Virus record (IMG/VR): IMGVR_UViG_3300005673_000131
Location: 78 to 64,077 of that record
Direction: 5' to 3' (one strand)
Source of the DNA: a virus
Lineage: Duplodnaviria; Caudoviricetes
Length of the DNA stretch: 64,000 nt
This document shows, in pieces, positions 1 through 10,005 of this stretch (within the stretch, counting starts at the first letter, position 1; every line of letters starts with the position of its first letter). Below the pieces are notes generated by a model. That model had not been told where the DNA came from and did no database searches. It saw only the letters and a list, made by a program, of their open reading frames with translations. The position numbers were made by a program, and so were the translations under genes.

Positions 1-2
1 TT

Positions 3-302
3 CAGCCGAAGTATGCCGCCGACGACCAGTATTCCTACTACAAGGTCATGAGTCAGCAGGCCTTGACGGTCAGTAGCTCCGTGGTGTCGCCAACCATCCC
101 GCAAGGGTGTCGCATGGAGCGCGTGTACTTCAGGGGTGGGCGCGTCCGGATGATGCTGGATGGCAGCAACCCGGCGTCAGGATCGACCGGCATCACGTTC
201 GATGACGGGTATGAGGAATTCTTCTCCAAGGTGGAATTGGCCACGATGAAGCTCATCAGGGAGACCGAAGATGCGACGGTACACTTCGTCTATTACGCCT
301 AG
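3..302 (+). CDS. Partial hypothetical protein (frame open at window edge), tail-accessory block
   Basis: Frame +3 is open from position 3 (QPKYAADDQYSYYKVMSQQ...) to TAG at 302, so the ATG at 48 is probably internal. Confidence 0.6.
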   Translation, partial: QPKYAADDQYSYYKVMSQQALTVSSSVVSPTIPQGCRMERVYFRGGRVRMMLDGSNPASGSTGITFDDGYEEFFSKVELATMKLIRETEDATVHFVYYA

Positions 303-1437
303 CCTATTCGCGCTCCTCGTGACACTGTGCGTCGCCGTTCCTGGCTTCGCGCAGAGCACAACGATTCGTGGGGGGGTATTTGCGAATACCGCGGCCGTCT
401 CGAATTCGGCCCTGTCCGGGACTGAGGCTGGACTCGTGGTGCGGTGCGCATCTGGTTGCTCTGGGAGTGGTGGAGGTGGAGCCGCACAGGCCGACAACTC
501 CGCGCTATCCGATATCACCGGAATGGGAGCGCTCTATGATGCGACGCCTCCGGCGGTGACTGATGGGAATGTTGGCATTCCGCGCATGTCGTCCAATCGG
601 AATTTGTACGTGACGATTCGGGACGCGGCCGGAAACGAGCGCGGCCTGAATATCGATGCTTCCGGCAACTTGACGGCCAATATCACAGGGACGGTTACGG
701 TCGGATCGCATGCCGTGACGAATGCTGGAACTTTTGCAGTACAAGCGGCCCAGTCTGGCACCTGGAATATTGGCAGCATCACGACGCTGCCATCGCTCCC
801 AGCCGGGAGCAATAACATTGGTGACGTCGATGTGTTGTCGCTTATCCCCGGTGTCGGGGCAACCAGTCTCGGCAAAGCCGAAGATGCCGCACATACAACC
901 GGCGACACGGGCGTGATGGCGCTCTGTGTGCGGCGCGATACCGCTGCGACCTCGGCCACAACTGACGGTGATTACAACCCCTGTGCGACCGACGCAAACG
1001 GGGCGCTGTGGACGACGAATTCTGCAATAGAAGGCACACGCCTCCGCGCTACCCTCTACGACTCCGGCGGCAACGAAATTGTGGTGCCGACCGCAGGACT
1101 GACGCACTACGCGGCAGCGGCAGCCTCGACCAACGCCACCAGCGTGGAGGCATCGAGCGGGACGGTCTACCACTACAGTCTCACCAACACAACGAGCACG
1201 ATCTACTACCTACGGATGTATAACCTCGCCTCTGCACCGACGTGCTCCAGCGCGACGGGGTTTGTGGAGTCTATCCCGATTCCAGCCAACACCAGCGGTG
1301 GCGGACGCGAGCGGCCTATGAATATCGGCCAGGCGTTCACCACCGGCATTGCCTACTGCATCACAGGCGGCGCGAGCAGCACCGACAATACCAATGCGGC
1401 GACTGGCGTGCTCGTGAGCATTCTCTACAAACCGTGA
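271..1437 (+). CDS. Signal-peptide-bearing Gly/Thr-rich virion accessory protein
   Basis: MRRYTSSITPSLFALLVTLCVAVPGFA|Q export signal; EDAAHTTGDTGVMALCVR motif recalled from phage structural proteins; overlaps next gene at GTGA. Confidence 0.75.
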   Translation: MRRYTSSITPSLFALLVTLCVAVPGFAQSTTIRGGVFANTAAVSNSALSGTEAGLVVRCASGCSGSGGGGAAQADNSALSDITGMGALYDATPPAVTDGNVGIPRMSSNRNLYVTIRDAAGNERGLNIDASGNLTANITGTVTVGSHAVTNAGTFAVQAAQSGTWNIGSITTLPSLPAGSNNIGDVDVLSLIPGVGATSLGKAEDAAHTTGDTGVMALCVRRDTAATSATTDGDYNPCATDANGALWTTNSAIEGTRLRATLYDSGGNEIVVPTAGLTHYAAAAASTNATSVEASSGTVYHYSLTNTTSTIYYLRMYNLASAPTCSSATGFVESIPIPANTSGGGRERPMNIGQAFTTGIAYCITGGASSTDNTNAATGVLVSILYKP

Positions 1438-2870
1438 GGCGCGGCGTGGCCACCAAAATCATTCTCTCGTTGCTTGCGTGCCTCCTCTTCGCACAGCCAG
1501 TCTGGTCGACGACCTACTACATTCGCACCGACGGCAACAACGCCAACGCGGGCACGACAGACAGCGCAGGCGGGGCGTGGCGCACGATGGGCAAGTGCGC
1601 GACCACGGCGGTGGCTGGGGATACGTGCATCGTCGGTAACGGGACCTACGTCGAATCCGCCGTCGTGTTTTCGACGAACGGGTCATCTGGCAACTGGATC
1701 ACGTTGCAGGCGCAAAATAAGCACCTGGCAATTCTGAGCAGTACGTCCGGCTGCAATCCCAACATCACGATCCAGGCCAGCTATATCCATATCAAAGACC
1801 TGCGCCTCAAGATTGATGCCACCAACGTCGCGTGCTCACCGGTCACTTCTAGCAGTGGCACGGGCGTGCGTCTTTTCGAGGGGTCGCCGCTGCCATCAAT
1901 TTCCAACTCCGGCAATACCACCAATCATCATGGGTGGGTCGAGGGGCTGTTGATTGATGCCTCGTCAGCGCGTGGGCACTCGATCAAATGCTGCGGCGAT
2001 TATGGGCTGATCGAGGGGAATATTGCATACAATGGCCTGGAGGGCTCTATTGGGCACACCTATACCATCCGCAATAACAGAGTGCTGGGGCCAGATGGAT
2101 TCGGCGGTGGGCTCGTGGGCGGGAAATTCGGCAGTCGCAGCTACCAGGTCTACAACAACTATATCCGCTGCACCCTCAACTGGCAGACCTGTTTTACCAT
2201 CGGCGGGCTGAGCGGAGAAGGCAACCATTTCGACGCCTCAACCGACATCGAGAGTTACAACGCCGTTGCATACAACAATGTGGTCGAGGTCGCCTCGGGC
2301 GTGGTCAATCCGCCCCTGCTCGGTATACGTGGTTGTAAAGATTGCGCGTGGCTGTACAACACGCATGTCGGTGCGCTCGGCGGCTTGACGCTTGCCACCG
2401 GTGGCGGGACGAGCACACCGAACAGCGCCGATCCGACATTCAAGTTTAATCTCATCGCGCCGACCGGAGGAGGTTGCACCAACAATTTCTCAGCCTACAC
2501 CGGCACGCGCACGGTGGACTATAACCTGTTTTACGGGTGCTCCTCGCCACCCGCGCAGACGCACGCCATCACCGGCAATCCGTTGCTGGGAGGCGATTAC
2601 ACGCTCGGCACAGGCTCACCGGCGATTGACGCGATTCCAGCAGCAGCCGCGATCACAACCTGGCCAGCCTATGGCGGCGGGACCATCACGCTTGATCTCA
2701 CCAGCGTGCCGACGTGGCAATCCGCAACCTATTCAGCCCGCCCAGACAACACCGACTACGACGTGGGGGCCTATGAGTTTTACACGCCAGATGGCCAGGG
2801 CGGCGAGGGCGGACAAACGCAGGAGCCTGCCGGATCGAGCTACCGAATGCATCCGTTGTGGAGGCGCTAA
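1434..2870 (+). CDS. Right-handed beta-helix (pectin-lyase-like) tailspike/adhesin with signal peptide
   Basis: GTG at 1434 overlaps the previous stop; MRRGVATKIILSLLACLLFAQPVWS|TTYYIRTDGNNANAGT (DUF1565-like start); Asn-ladder repeats; C-terminal GSPAIDA...DVGAYE. Confidence 0.8.
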   Translation: MRRGVATKIILSLLACLLFAQPVWSTTYYIRTDGNNANAGTTDSAGGAWRTMGKCATTAVAGDTCIVGNGTYVESAVVFSTNGSSGNWITLQAQNKHLAILSSTSGCNPNITIQASYIHIKDLRLKIDATNVACSPVTSSSGTGVRLFEGSPLPSISNSGNTTNHHGWVEGLLIDASSARGHSIKCCGDYGLIEGNIAYNGLEGSIGHTYTIRNNRVLGPDGFGGGLVGGKFGSRSYQVYNNYIRCTLNWQTCFTIGGLSGEGNHFDASTDIESYNAVAYNNVVEVASGVVNPPLLGIRGCKDCAWLYNTHVGALGGLTLATGGGTSTPNSADPTFKFNLIAPTGGGCTNNFSAYTGTRTVDYNLFYGCSSPPAQTHAITGNPLLGGDYTLGTGSPAIDAIPAAAAITTWPAYGGGTITLDLTSVPTWQSATYSARPDNTDYDVGAYEFYTPDGQGGEGGQTQEPAGSSYRMHPLWRR

Positions 2871-4063
2871 TGCTTCGTATTCTATTGGCTATCCTGCTGT
2901 TTTCTGTACTGGCTGCGCCAGCGCAGGCTGCTCGCATCAACATCATCGGGTTTGAGAGCGGCGATCTCAACCCCGAGCCGTGGACGTACAGCGGCACGCT
3001 TTCTATATCGTCCAGCACGGTGCGAACGGGCGGATACGCATTGCGTGTCAATCCCACGACGACAGGCACGGGTCTGTATCGCATCGGGTGTTTCACGGCT
3101 GCGGGTGGCCGCGATACCGCCTGTAGCGTGGCGACGCTCTACCTCCGTTTTTATTTCCGCTACGCTACGAAACCCGCGAGCGGCAGCGAGATTATCTTTC
3201 AGTCCCGCACGTCTGGCGATGCGGTCAAATTCTCGCTCCGCCTCAATTCTAGCGGCAACCTGGCAGCCTATGATTCGGCAGGATCGCTCCTGGCGACCGG
3301 CAGCACCGTCCTCGCGCAGGATACGTGGTCCCGGATCGAGCTGATGGTGGGTACTGGGGCATCGGCAAATTGGGCGGTCCAGGTTGATGGTGCCTCAGAA
3401 ATCTCCGGCTCTGGGGCGAGCCTCAATGCGTCCAACAACGGGCGATTGTTTCTCGGCAAAACCACAGACGTGTCAGGGCAGTCGGTTGATTTTTTTTACG
3501 ACGATTTTGCAATGGATGATTCAGGCTATCCTGGCGAGGGCAAAATCGTGCGCCTCGTGCCGAATGCCAACGGCTCGACGATGCAGTGGACGACCGGCAC
3601 CGGCTCCAGCAACTACCTGGAGGTGGATGATGTGCCGATGGTGGTCTCCAGCTACGTCAAAAACAGCGGCGCGGCGAATGAGGTCGCGCTGTTCGATCTC
3701 ACGGACTCGGCCACGGCTGGGATCTCTGGGACCATCCACGCGATCAGGCCAGAAATTCAGGCCCGGCTCGACGCCACCGGCACATCGGCATTCTCGCTGC
3801 GCACCCGCTCCGGCACGACCAATAGTGATTTGGCTACCAATGCGTTGACCACAGGTGGGGCCTACCTGAGTACGGTCTACGCCACCGATCCCGATACCGC
3901 AGCGGCTTGGACTACCGGCGGCATCGACGCGCTGGAAGTGGGCGGGATCGAAACCAATGCCGTCTCGACCAGACTGCAGGACGTGCATGTGTATGTGGAG
4001 TATACGGAGGCCGCAGCCAGCAGCGCACCGAACGGCCTGTTGCTGATGGGGGTGGGACGATGA
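2870..4063 (+). CDS. Beta-sandwich (LamG/lectin-like) accessory protein with signal peptide
   Basis: ATG at 2870 coupled to the previous TAA; MLRILLAILLFSVLAAPAQA|A; beta-rich; ends LLLMGVGR. Confidence 0.7.
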   Translation: MLRILLAILLFSVLAAPAQAARINIIGFESGDLNPEPWTYSGTLSISSSTVRTGGYALRVNPTTTGTGLYRIGCFTAAGGRDTACSVATLYLRFYFRYATKPASGSEIIFQSRTSGDAVKFSLRLNSSGNLAAYDSAGSLLATGSTVLAQDTWSRIELMVGTGASANWAVQVDGASEISGSGASLNASNNGRLFLGKTTDVSGQSVDFFYDDFAMDDSGYPGEGKIVRLVPNANGSTMQWTTGTGSSNYLEVDDVPMVVSSYVKNSGAANEVALFDLTDSATAGISGTIHAIRPEIQARLDATGTSAFSLRTRSGTTNSDLATNALTTGGAYLSTVYATDPDTAAAWTTGGIDALEVGGIETNAVSTRLQDVHVYVEYTEAAASSAPNGLLLMGVGR

Positions 4064-4527
4064 AACGAATCACAATCATCATGGTGTGCATCCTCGCCTG
4101 GAATGTCGCGGCCCTGGCCTGCAAACCACCCGATCCGATCACCGGCTTCTCCATTCAATCCGTCGCCCACAATGCGCTGACCGTCTCATTTGACGTGCCT
4201 GCGCGCGGAAAGGTCGCCGTCCGACTCTCGCCGATTCCTGCAGGTTGGGGAGCGGCCAAGGAATTAGTCTGCGACGCCTCGCCCTGCGTGATCGACGGGC
4301 TTTCTTCGGAGACTGCCTACGACGTGCACGCCGCTCCCTTCGTGATCACGAAAACGCAGGGAACGATCTATGGCAATCCGACCGACTCTCTCTTGGTGAG
4401 AACAGAACGAGTCGTCACGCTGAAAGAGGCCGTCCACGAAGCGGTGGACTATTGCCTGACGCGCAAATTAGCCCATACCGCCTGCTTTCGGGCGTTAGAT
4501 GAATCGCTCGGGAAGGTGACGCAATGA
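4060..4527 (+). CDS. Fibronectin type III domain protein with signal peptide
   Basis: MKRITIIMVCILAWNVAALA|C; FN3-like ALTVSFD...IDGLSSETAYDVH; ATGA overlap. Confidence 0.7.
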   Translation: MKRITIIMVCILAWNVAALACKPPDPITGFSIQSVAHNALTVSFDVPARGKVAVRLSPIPAGWGAAKELVCDASPCVIDGLSSETAYDVHAAPFVITKTQGTIYGNPTDSLLVRTERVVTLKEAVHEAVDYCLTRKLAHTACFRALDESLGKVTQ

Positions 4528-6557
4528 ACTGGCTTGTGAAAATTGTCCTGCTGTGTGCGCTCATGGTGCCGTCTGCAAGTTGGGCCCAATGGACGAATGA
4601 GCCGTCCGGGGCGACGGAAGTACTGGACTGCAATTTCACCAGCACGCCGGGTGCGTGCGGGATTCTGGACGCCTACAGCAGCAGCTTCCTCGATTCTGAT
4701 GCGACGGCGCCGGTGTCCCCGTCTGGGGTGCTGCGTTCCACGATCCAGGCCGGCCAGCACTCTGGCGGTATGCAGTTGAATTATGTCATTGGCCCTGGCG
4801 GGGCGACCTATAACGAAATGTTCGTCGGGCTCATGTGGCGCACGAACGCGGGGTTTGAGGGACGCCCGCAGGGCAATAAGACATTTTTCATGCGTGGGCC
4901 TGGCAGTAACGGGGTGTTTCTATTCGACAATGATTCGCTGTCTGGTGGCAGTGGGCCGATGGTGTTTTTCCATAACACCGGATCGCTCGACAATAGTCAT
5001 GCCTGCTCGCTGGACTTGGGTCTCGCCTGTTACCCGAATGCCGGAGGTCCCAATCTGACTCGTGGGACCTGGACGAAGCTGGAAGCGTACATGAAGAAAA
5101 GCACAACGTGTACATCCAGAGACGGTATCGTCCGATGGTGGATTGACGGGGTCCTCACGGGGAACTATACGAATTTGAACTATGCCTGTCTCGGGCTGAA
5201 TGAATGGGTGTGGGCCGAGACGTGGGATGGAACACCCAACTTCACGGTGACCACGCCATGGAGCCATTATCTCGATCACCTGTATATCAGTATCCCGAAC
5301 TGCCCGAGCGGTTGCGCCACGACGGGGGGCGGCACGACGCCTCCCCCTCCTCTCAGTCCTCCCCCACCGCCGCCGTCGTCTGGGGATTACGTCTACCAAT
5401 CCCAATACTCTGGGACGCAGGGCAGTGGACAATGGAGCTATCGAGACACGGCCGGGAATCTGCTGACCTATAACGGGGGCACCAATCTGTGGACTGGCGC
5501 ACAATCCTACATGACAGTCTGGAGTTCGGGGTTTCACCCGGGGACGACAAACGGCACGGTCGTGCGATGGACGGCGCCGGAAGATGGGACGGCCACGATT
5601 ACCGGCAGCGCGCAAAAAGCCGACCTTGCCGGAGGCGACGGCATTACCTTTCAGGTGAAATATGGCGCGACCACGCTCTTCTCGCAGGCCATCGGCGCGA
5701 CGGATGGTACGGCCTATCCCTACAGTGTGAGCCAAGCGATGACGGCGGGGGAGACTGTCGATTTTATTGTGCTGCCGGGGGCGGGGAATACCAACGACAG
5801 TACGCACTTGAACCCGGTGATTGCCTGGGTGCCTGATTCGGGGGCGTCCCCGACTGTCTCAGGATTCTCTCCATCGAGCGGGGCCCCTGGGACATCGGTC
5901 GTCATTACCGGCACGAACTTTGTCCCATCGTTGACTGGGCAGACCGTCACCTTCAGTAACATTGCTGCAGCGGTCACGGCGGCGAGCGCCACCTCGATTA
6001 CCGCCGTCGTGCCTCCGCACGCCATCACCGGCACGATTCAGGTGACGACAACCGAGGGAACGGGCACCAGCGGCAGTAATTTCACGGTCCCGTTGAGCGG
6101 CACGGTGGAAACGGTGACGGACGTGTCAGCGTCGGCCCTCAGCGCAACGAGCGTGACGGTGCAATTTACGGCCCTGTCAGACGGAACGGGCGCGGCGGCC
6201 AAGCATGACGTGAGGATTGCCGCCGGGACGATTTCATGGGGCGATGCGTCATCCGTGGCGAGCGGAACGTGCTCGACTCCCTATGCCCCAGGCGTGACCA
6301 ATACCGTCGTGACCTGCACGATTACTGGGCTGACGACGGGCACCCAATACGACGTGCAACTGGTCCCCTACAGGGGGACGCTCGACGTCGATGCGGTGTT
6401 CGGAAGCATCAGCAACATTGCCACGGTGACCCCGATCGGCACGATTACCGACGAGACAGAGATTTGTCGGCGAGAGGATGGCTGGCGGCATCCGGTCTCG
6501 ACGCGAGCGTGCCTGGCGCCCATGCCGCCGATGCCGCCTCTTCCGGCGATGCAGTAA
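4524..6557 (+). CDS. Multidomain adhesin-like protein (lectin/lyase-like + poly-Pro linker + IPT/TIG + FN3) with signal peptide
   Basis: MNWLVKIVLLCALMVPSASWA|Q; PPPPLSPPPPPP linker; PTVSGFSPSSGAPGTSVVITGTNF (IPT/TIG); ITGLTTGTQYDVQL (FN3). Confidence 0.8.
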   Translation: MNWLVKIVLLCALMVPSASWAQWTNEPSGATEVLDCNFTSTPGACGILDAYSSSFLDSDATAPVSPSGVLRSTIQAGQHSGGMQLNYVIGPGGATYNEMFVGLMWRTNAGFEGRPQGNKTFFMRGPGSNGVFLFDNDSLSGGSGPMVFFHNTGSLDNSHACSLDLGLACYPNAGGPNLTRGTWTKLEAYMKKSTTCTSRDGIVRWWIDGVLTGNYTNLNYACLGLNEWVWAETWDGTPNFTVTTPWSHYLDHLYISIPNCPSGCATTGGGTTPPPPLSPPPPPPSSGDYVYQSQYSGTQGSGQWSYRDTAGNLLTYNGGTNLWTGAQSYMTVWSSGFHPGTTNGTVVRWTAPEDGTATITGSAQKADLAGGDGITFQVKYGATTLFSQAIGATDGTAYPYSVSQAMTAGETVDFIVLPGAGNTNDSTHLNPVIAWVPDSGASPTVSGFSPSSGAPGTSVVITGTNFVPSLTGQTVTFSNIAAAVTAASATSITAVVPPHAITGTIQVTTTEGTGTSGSNFTVPLSGTVETVTDVSASALSATSVTVQFTALSDGTGAAAKHDVRIAAGTISWGDASSVASGTCSTPYAPGVTNTVVTCTITGLTTGTQYDVQLVPYRGTLDVDAVFGSISNIATVTPIGTITDETEICRREDGWRHPVSTRACLAPMPPMPPLPAMQ

Positions 6558-6565
6558 GGAGTGCG

Positions 6566-6727
6566 ATGGTCTGGTGTCGTCGGTGTCCAGCATGCGGGCG
6601 GTATTTGACGAAGGAGAGTCATGAGGAACCCTGGACCTGTGATTGTGGGTGGACCACCAAGAGGGGACATGATGGGACTGTCAATCGCACAGATGAAACT
6701 GTCTCGCATCGCGAGAGAAGGGGCTGA
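6566..6727 (+). CDS. Small Cys-rich zinc-ribbon protein
   Basis: AAGGAG RBS; MVWCRRCPACGRYL...WTCDCGW. Confidence 0.45.
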   Translation: MVWCRRCPACGRYLTKESHEEPWTCDCGWTTKRGHDGTVNRTDETVSHRERRG

Positions 6728-7157
6728 ACGTCTCCAGGCGGAATGCCCCTGGGTGGTGTTTACCTCCGGTCGGCGCGATCTCGAATCGCAAGCGCGGGCC
6801 ATGGCCGAGAATAGTCGGCATGATCGGCGATGGATCGAGAAAACCTATCGGTCGGCGCAGCGGTTACAGCGGTGGTTGCTCGATCATCCTGACGCGCAGA
6901 CCATTGAGCACATGCGCGATGGACTCTATCAGGTGTTACTCGCTATGTCGGACGCGGAGACCGCGAGCATTTCTCGACATCTCACCGGCGATGCCTTCGA
7001 TGTGCGTCCGATGCAGGCAGACTCCGGTTTGCCGACGCTCTACGGGCAGAAAATACTCGACACGATGCGGACGCTGGAAGGCGTAGACAAGATTTTGTTG
7101 AAGGAAGGCGGGTTAGTGCGGTGGCATGTGCAGTTCATCCCGAGCGTGGAAATCTAG
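6669..7157 (+). CDS. Endolysin, peptidase M15/LAS-type zinc peptidase
   Basis: TSGRR, SRHLTGDAFDV (HxxxxxxD) and WHVQF motifs; sits next to holin and spanin genes; GAGGGG RBS before ATG 6669. Confidence 0.75.
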   Translation: MMGLSIAQMKLSRIAREGAERLQAECPWVVFTSGRRDLESQARAMAENSRHDRRWIEKTYRSAQRLQRWLLDHPDAQTIEHMRDGLYQVLLAMSDAETASISRHLTGDAFDVRPMQADSGLPTLYGQKILDTMRTLEGVDKILLKEGGLVRWHVQFIPSVEI

Positions 7158-7173
7158 GAGAGGGCATTGAGAT

Positions 7174-7596
7174 ATGGCGAGTGAATTTGATGAGGCCCTG
7201 GATGATCGGCGCGGACATGCGGAGCGTCGGGCGGTGCCGCCTGATCAAGTGCGGATCGGGTGGAAGGATAAAACCGTCTCGATTGTCGGTATCCACACAA
7301 CGGTCGTGATTGTGTTGGTGGCGTCACTCGGCTGGATGGGCTATTTGCTCAAGCAATCGGTGGACGGCACGATTGCGGCGATCCATACAGCGATCAGCGA
7401 TCAGACGAAGCAGCAGACCATCGAGCATGACCGGATCTCATCGGACCTGGATCGGAATTTTTCTGTGATGTCGGCCGGCCAAAATCGCATTGCCGATTCC
7501 ATGGAAGCTCAGACGTTCCTCCTCACGAAAACGGAGAAGGAGCGGTCGTTTTACAAAATGGATATTCCTGAAGGCTTGCGGAAGCGGATTCGGTAA
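7174..7596 (+). CDS. Single-TM membrane protein of the lysis region
   Basis: Hydrophobic IVGIHTTVVIVLVASLGWMGYLL followed by a coiled-coil-like segment. Confidence 0.6.
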   Translation: MASEFDEALDDRRGHAERRAVPPDQVRIGWKDKTVSIVGIHTTVVIVLVASLGWMGYLLKQSVDGTIAAIHTAISDQTKQQTIEHDRISSDLDRNFSVMSAGQNRIADSMEAQTFLLTKTEKERSFYKMDIPEGLRKRIR

Positions 7597-7609
7597 CGAG
7601 GTAGGACCT

Positions 7610-7816
7610 ATGGATAAGGATAAGGCCATTGATTATGGTGCGACGTTTACGGGCGGGACGCTTGGGCTGGATCAGATATTCGAATCCATCGATGCGCTGG
7701 TGACTGATGGGGCGACCGGGCAGGAATGGGTGGCGCTGGCGAAAGGGTTACTCTTGATCGTCTTCGGCTATTTCGCTTGGAAACGCGCGAAGGAGAACAA
7801 GGTGGTGACGCAATGA
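7610..7816 (+). CDS. Putative holin
   Basis: 68 aa; TM segment WVALAKGLLLIVFGYFAW; basic C-terminus; position in the lysis cassette. Confidence 0.5.
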   Translation: MDKDKAIDYGATFTGGTLGLDQIFESIDALVTDGATGQEWVALAKGLLLIVFGYFAWKRAKENKVVTQ

Positions 7817-7986
7817 CAGCTTCAGCGATCATCGGCGGGTTCGTGATGCTCCTCCTGCAAGTTCTGACGGAGTACGTGCAGTCGGCTCCACAACGAAAGG
7901 CACAGCGTGATGCGTTGGTACGGCGTGATAGGGATGTGCTGGATCGTGCTCTCCAGTCTGAACGGATGCGCCCCAAAGGTGTATGA
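7813..7986 (+). CDS. Putative i-spanin (Rz-like)
   Basis: N-terminal TM AIIGGFVMLLLQVL, then a charged helix; overlapped by a lipoprotein gene in another frame. Confidence 0.5.
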   Translation: MTASAIIGGFVMLLLQVLTEYVQSAPQRKAQRDALVRRDRDVLDRALQSERMRPKGV

Positions 7987-8107
7987 GCGACACGCGGAGA
8001 TAGCTTACACGGCTGAAGGGAAACCTCGCGCCGGATACCTCACGCTGAATGCGGAATTTTTGGACGCGCTCAACGAGGATTTGCAGGCCTGCTACCACCA
8101 CAAGTGA
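7907..8107 (+). CDS. Putative o-spanin lipoprotein (Rz1-like)
   Basis: Lipobox LNG|C; overlapping arrangement typical of spanin pairs. Confidence 0.55.
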   Translation: MMRWYGVIGMCWIVLSSLNGCAPKVYERHAEIAYTAEGKPRAGYLTLNAEFLDALNEDLQACYHHK

Positions 8108-8114
8108 GGGCGCT

Positions 8115-8438
8115 ATGGATCTGATCGCCATCCTGGCCGCGATGCTGCTCAATGCCTCGACCGGCTGCGATGCGCTGAAGGCTGAGGTCACGCGGATCGG
8201 CTCGCAGGACTACTTGATTCAGTCCTGGTCCTGCCCGGATAGGTCTGGGCAGCCCCACATCTGGCGAACGTGGCAGCGTGAGTGTGTGGCCAACAACCAG
8301 ACGCATTTCTGGGGCAGGGCTGCGTTCTTGGAAGATCAACAGAGCAAGCTCGGTATTTACGTGAACCGCTTCGGCGAGATCCAGGGCGGCATCGGAGCAT
8401 CGATCGAACAAGCCTACATCCCCCTATGCGGGAGTTGA
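8115..8438 (+). CDS. Lipoprotein of unknown function
   Basis: MDLIAILAAMLLNASTG|C lipobox. Confidence 0.6.
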   Translation: MDLIAILAAMLLNASTGCDALKAEVTRIGSQDYLIQSWSCPDRSGQPHIWRTWQRECVANNQTHFWGRAAFLEDQQSKLGIYVNRFGEIQGGIGASIEQAYIPLCGS

Positions 8439-8497
8439 GTTGCAATAATAACTAGAAGTCGGTACGCCAAAGAGAGGCAGCCGTAAGGGAGACACGC

Positions 8498-9514
8498 ATG
8501 GCCACAGTCCAGCAAATCGGCGATGACACGTACAAACCTGGCGGGCTCATCGGCGTGGCGTCCACCGGCCCAGCCACGACCGGGTACACCCCATCGACAG
8601 CGAAGGCCACACAGGCCACGTCTACCGGCTACGATCCTGTCGCAACGACAGTCACGCCCAATCAGACCGTACAGGGGCAGGTCAAGAGCGTGATCGACGA
8701 CGACTCCCCGCTCATGCAGCAAGCTCGCCGACGGGCCGATGAGGCCTCCAATGCGCGAGGGATGCTGCATTCCTCCATCGGTATCGGGGCGGCACAAGGC
8801 GCGGTGCTGGATGCGGCGATGCCCATCGCCACGCAAGACGCCAGTACCTATTTCCAGGCCAACCAAAAGACAGTTGACGCCCAGAATGCGGCGAAGAACT
8901 TTGAAGCCGCCGCACGCAATCAGGCGAGCTTAGCCAATGCCCAACTGGGCACGGATGTGAGCAAGACGAACGCCGCGGCCGGGAACGAGGCGAGTGCCCG
9001 TTCCGCAGAGGCCTCGAATCAATCAGCGTTGGCTGGGTTCGACGCCACGACGCGCCTGCAATTGGCCCAAAAGGACATCAATGCTCGGCTGGAAATGTCG
9101 TCGCTGGATCGGGCGATGCAACTGCAAATCAAGCAGCTCGACATTGGTGCCCAGCAGACGTTGACTCAGATGGAAAACCAGTACCGACAACTCTTGCAGT
9201 CCAATCAAAACCTGTCGGCCATGTATCAGCAGACGGTTAATGCGATTGCGAACATCTCGATTCAGCCGGGACTCGCGCGGGAAACGAAAGACGCGGCGAT
9301 TGCCACGCAACTGAACACGCTCCGCGAAGCCTTGGCCGCCACATCCGATGTCGCGAGCCGCAATGCGTCGGCGGTGTCGTCATTGAATCTGGGGCAGTAT
9401 TTTGATGCCAACATGCCCGAGACTCCAGCGGGCATTGCGAACACCACCTACAACACGCCGGTTCCCTATCAGACCTCGCCGAACTATGGTGGGGGCGTCT
9501 ACAACTACGGGTAA
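8498..9514 (+). CDS. Internal virion/ejection (pilot-like) protein
   Basis: Ala/Gln/Asn-rich helical protein; AAGGGAG RBS; heads the ejection operon. Confidence 0.6.
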   Translation: MATVQQIGDDTYKPGGLIGVASTGPATTGYTPSTAKATQATSTGYDPVATTVTPNQTVQGQVKSVIDDDSPLMQQARRRADEASNARGMLHSSIGIGAAQGAVLDAAMPIATQDASTYFQANQKTVDAQNAAKNFEAAARNQASLANAQLGTDVSKTNAAAGNEASARSAEASNQSALAGFDATTRLQLAQKDINARLEMSSLDRAMQLQIKQLDIGAQQTLTQMENQYRQLLQSNQNLSAMYQQTVNAIANISIQPGLARETKDAAIATQLNTLREALAATSDVASRNASAVSSLNLGQYFDANMPETPAGIANTTYNTPVPYQTSPNYGGGVYNYG

Positions 9515-9520
9515 TCGCGC

Positions 9521-9991
9521 ATGGTCGGCACGCTGGCAACTACGCTCATTCGCCCATTGACCGTCGAAGAAATCCCGCTCTGTATCCCATTTGGCCGTGC
9601 GTTCCACGCCGAGATGCAGCTACCCGGCGCGTTTCTTCCGGATACCTTCGTGAAGAACTGGACGACGTTCCTGTCGCAATTTCCGGCCGTTATTCTCGGA
9701 CTGTTCAGGGATGGCGCGTTGGTCGGCGGCATCAGCGGCATGATGACGCAAGATCTTTTCGATGCGCGTCTCACGGCGCAGGAATTCTTCTGGTTCATGG
9801 ATGCGTCGCATCGAACAGGCACCGGCGCCATGCGACTCCTGAAAGCCTTTGAGGCGTGGGGGAAAGATCGGGGGGCCGTCGAGATGCGCATGGTGCATAT
9901 GGTCGGGAAGAATGATGTGCAGCTGGAGCGGATCTACAAGAAGCTCGGCTATCACACGATCGAAGTCTGCTATGTCAAACCACTCGTCTAA
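9521..9991 (+). CDS. GNAT-family acetyltransferase
   Basis: QEFFWFMDASHRTGTGAMRLLKAFEAWG acetyl-CoA-binding motif; IYKKLGY; typical of podoviral ejection operons. Confidence 0.8.
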   Translation: MVGTLATTLIRPLTVEEIPLCIPFGRAFHAEMQLPGAFLPDTFVKNWTTFLSQFPAVILGLFRDGALVGGISGMMTQDLFDARLTAQEFFWFMDASHRTGTGAMRLLKAFEAWGKDRGAVEMRMVHMVGKNDVQLERIYKKLGYHTIEVCYVKPLV

Positions 9992-10005
9992 CCAGGGGGT
10001 CCTCC

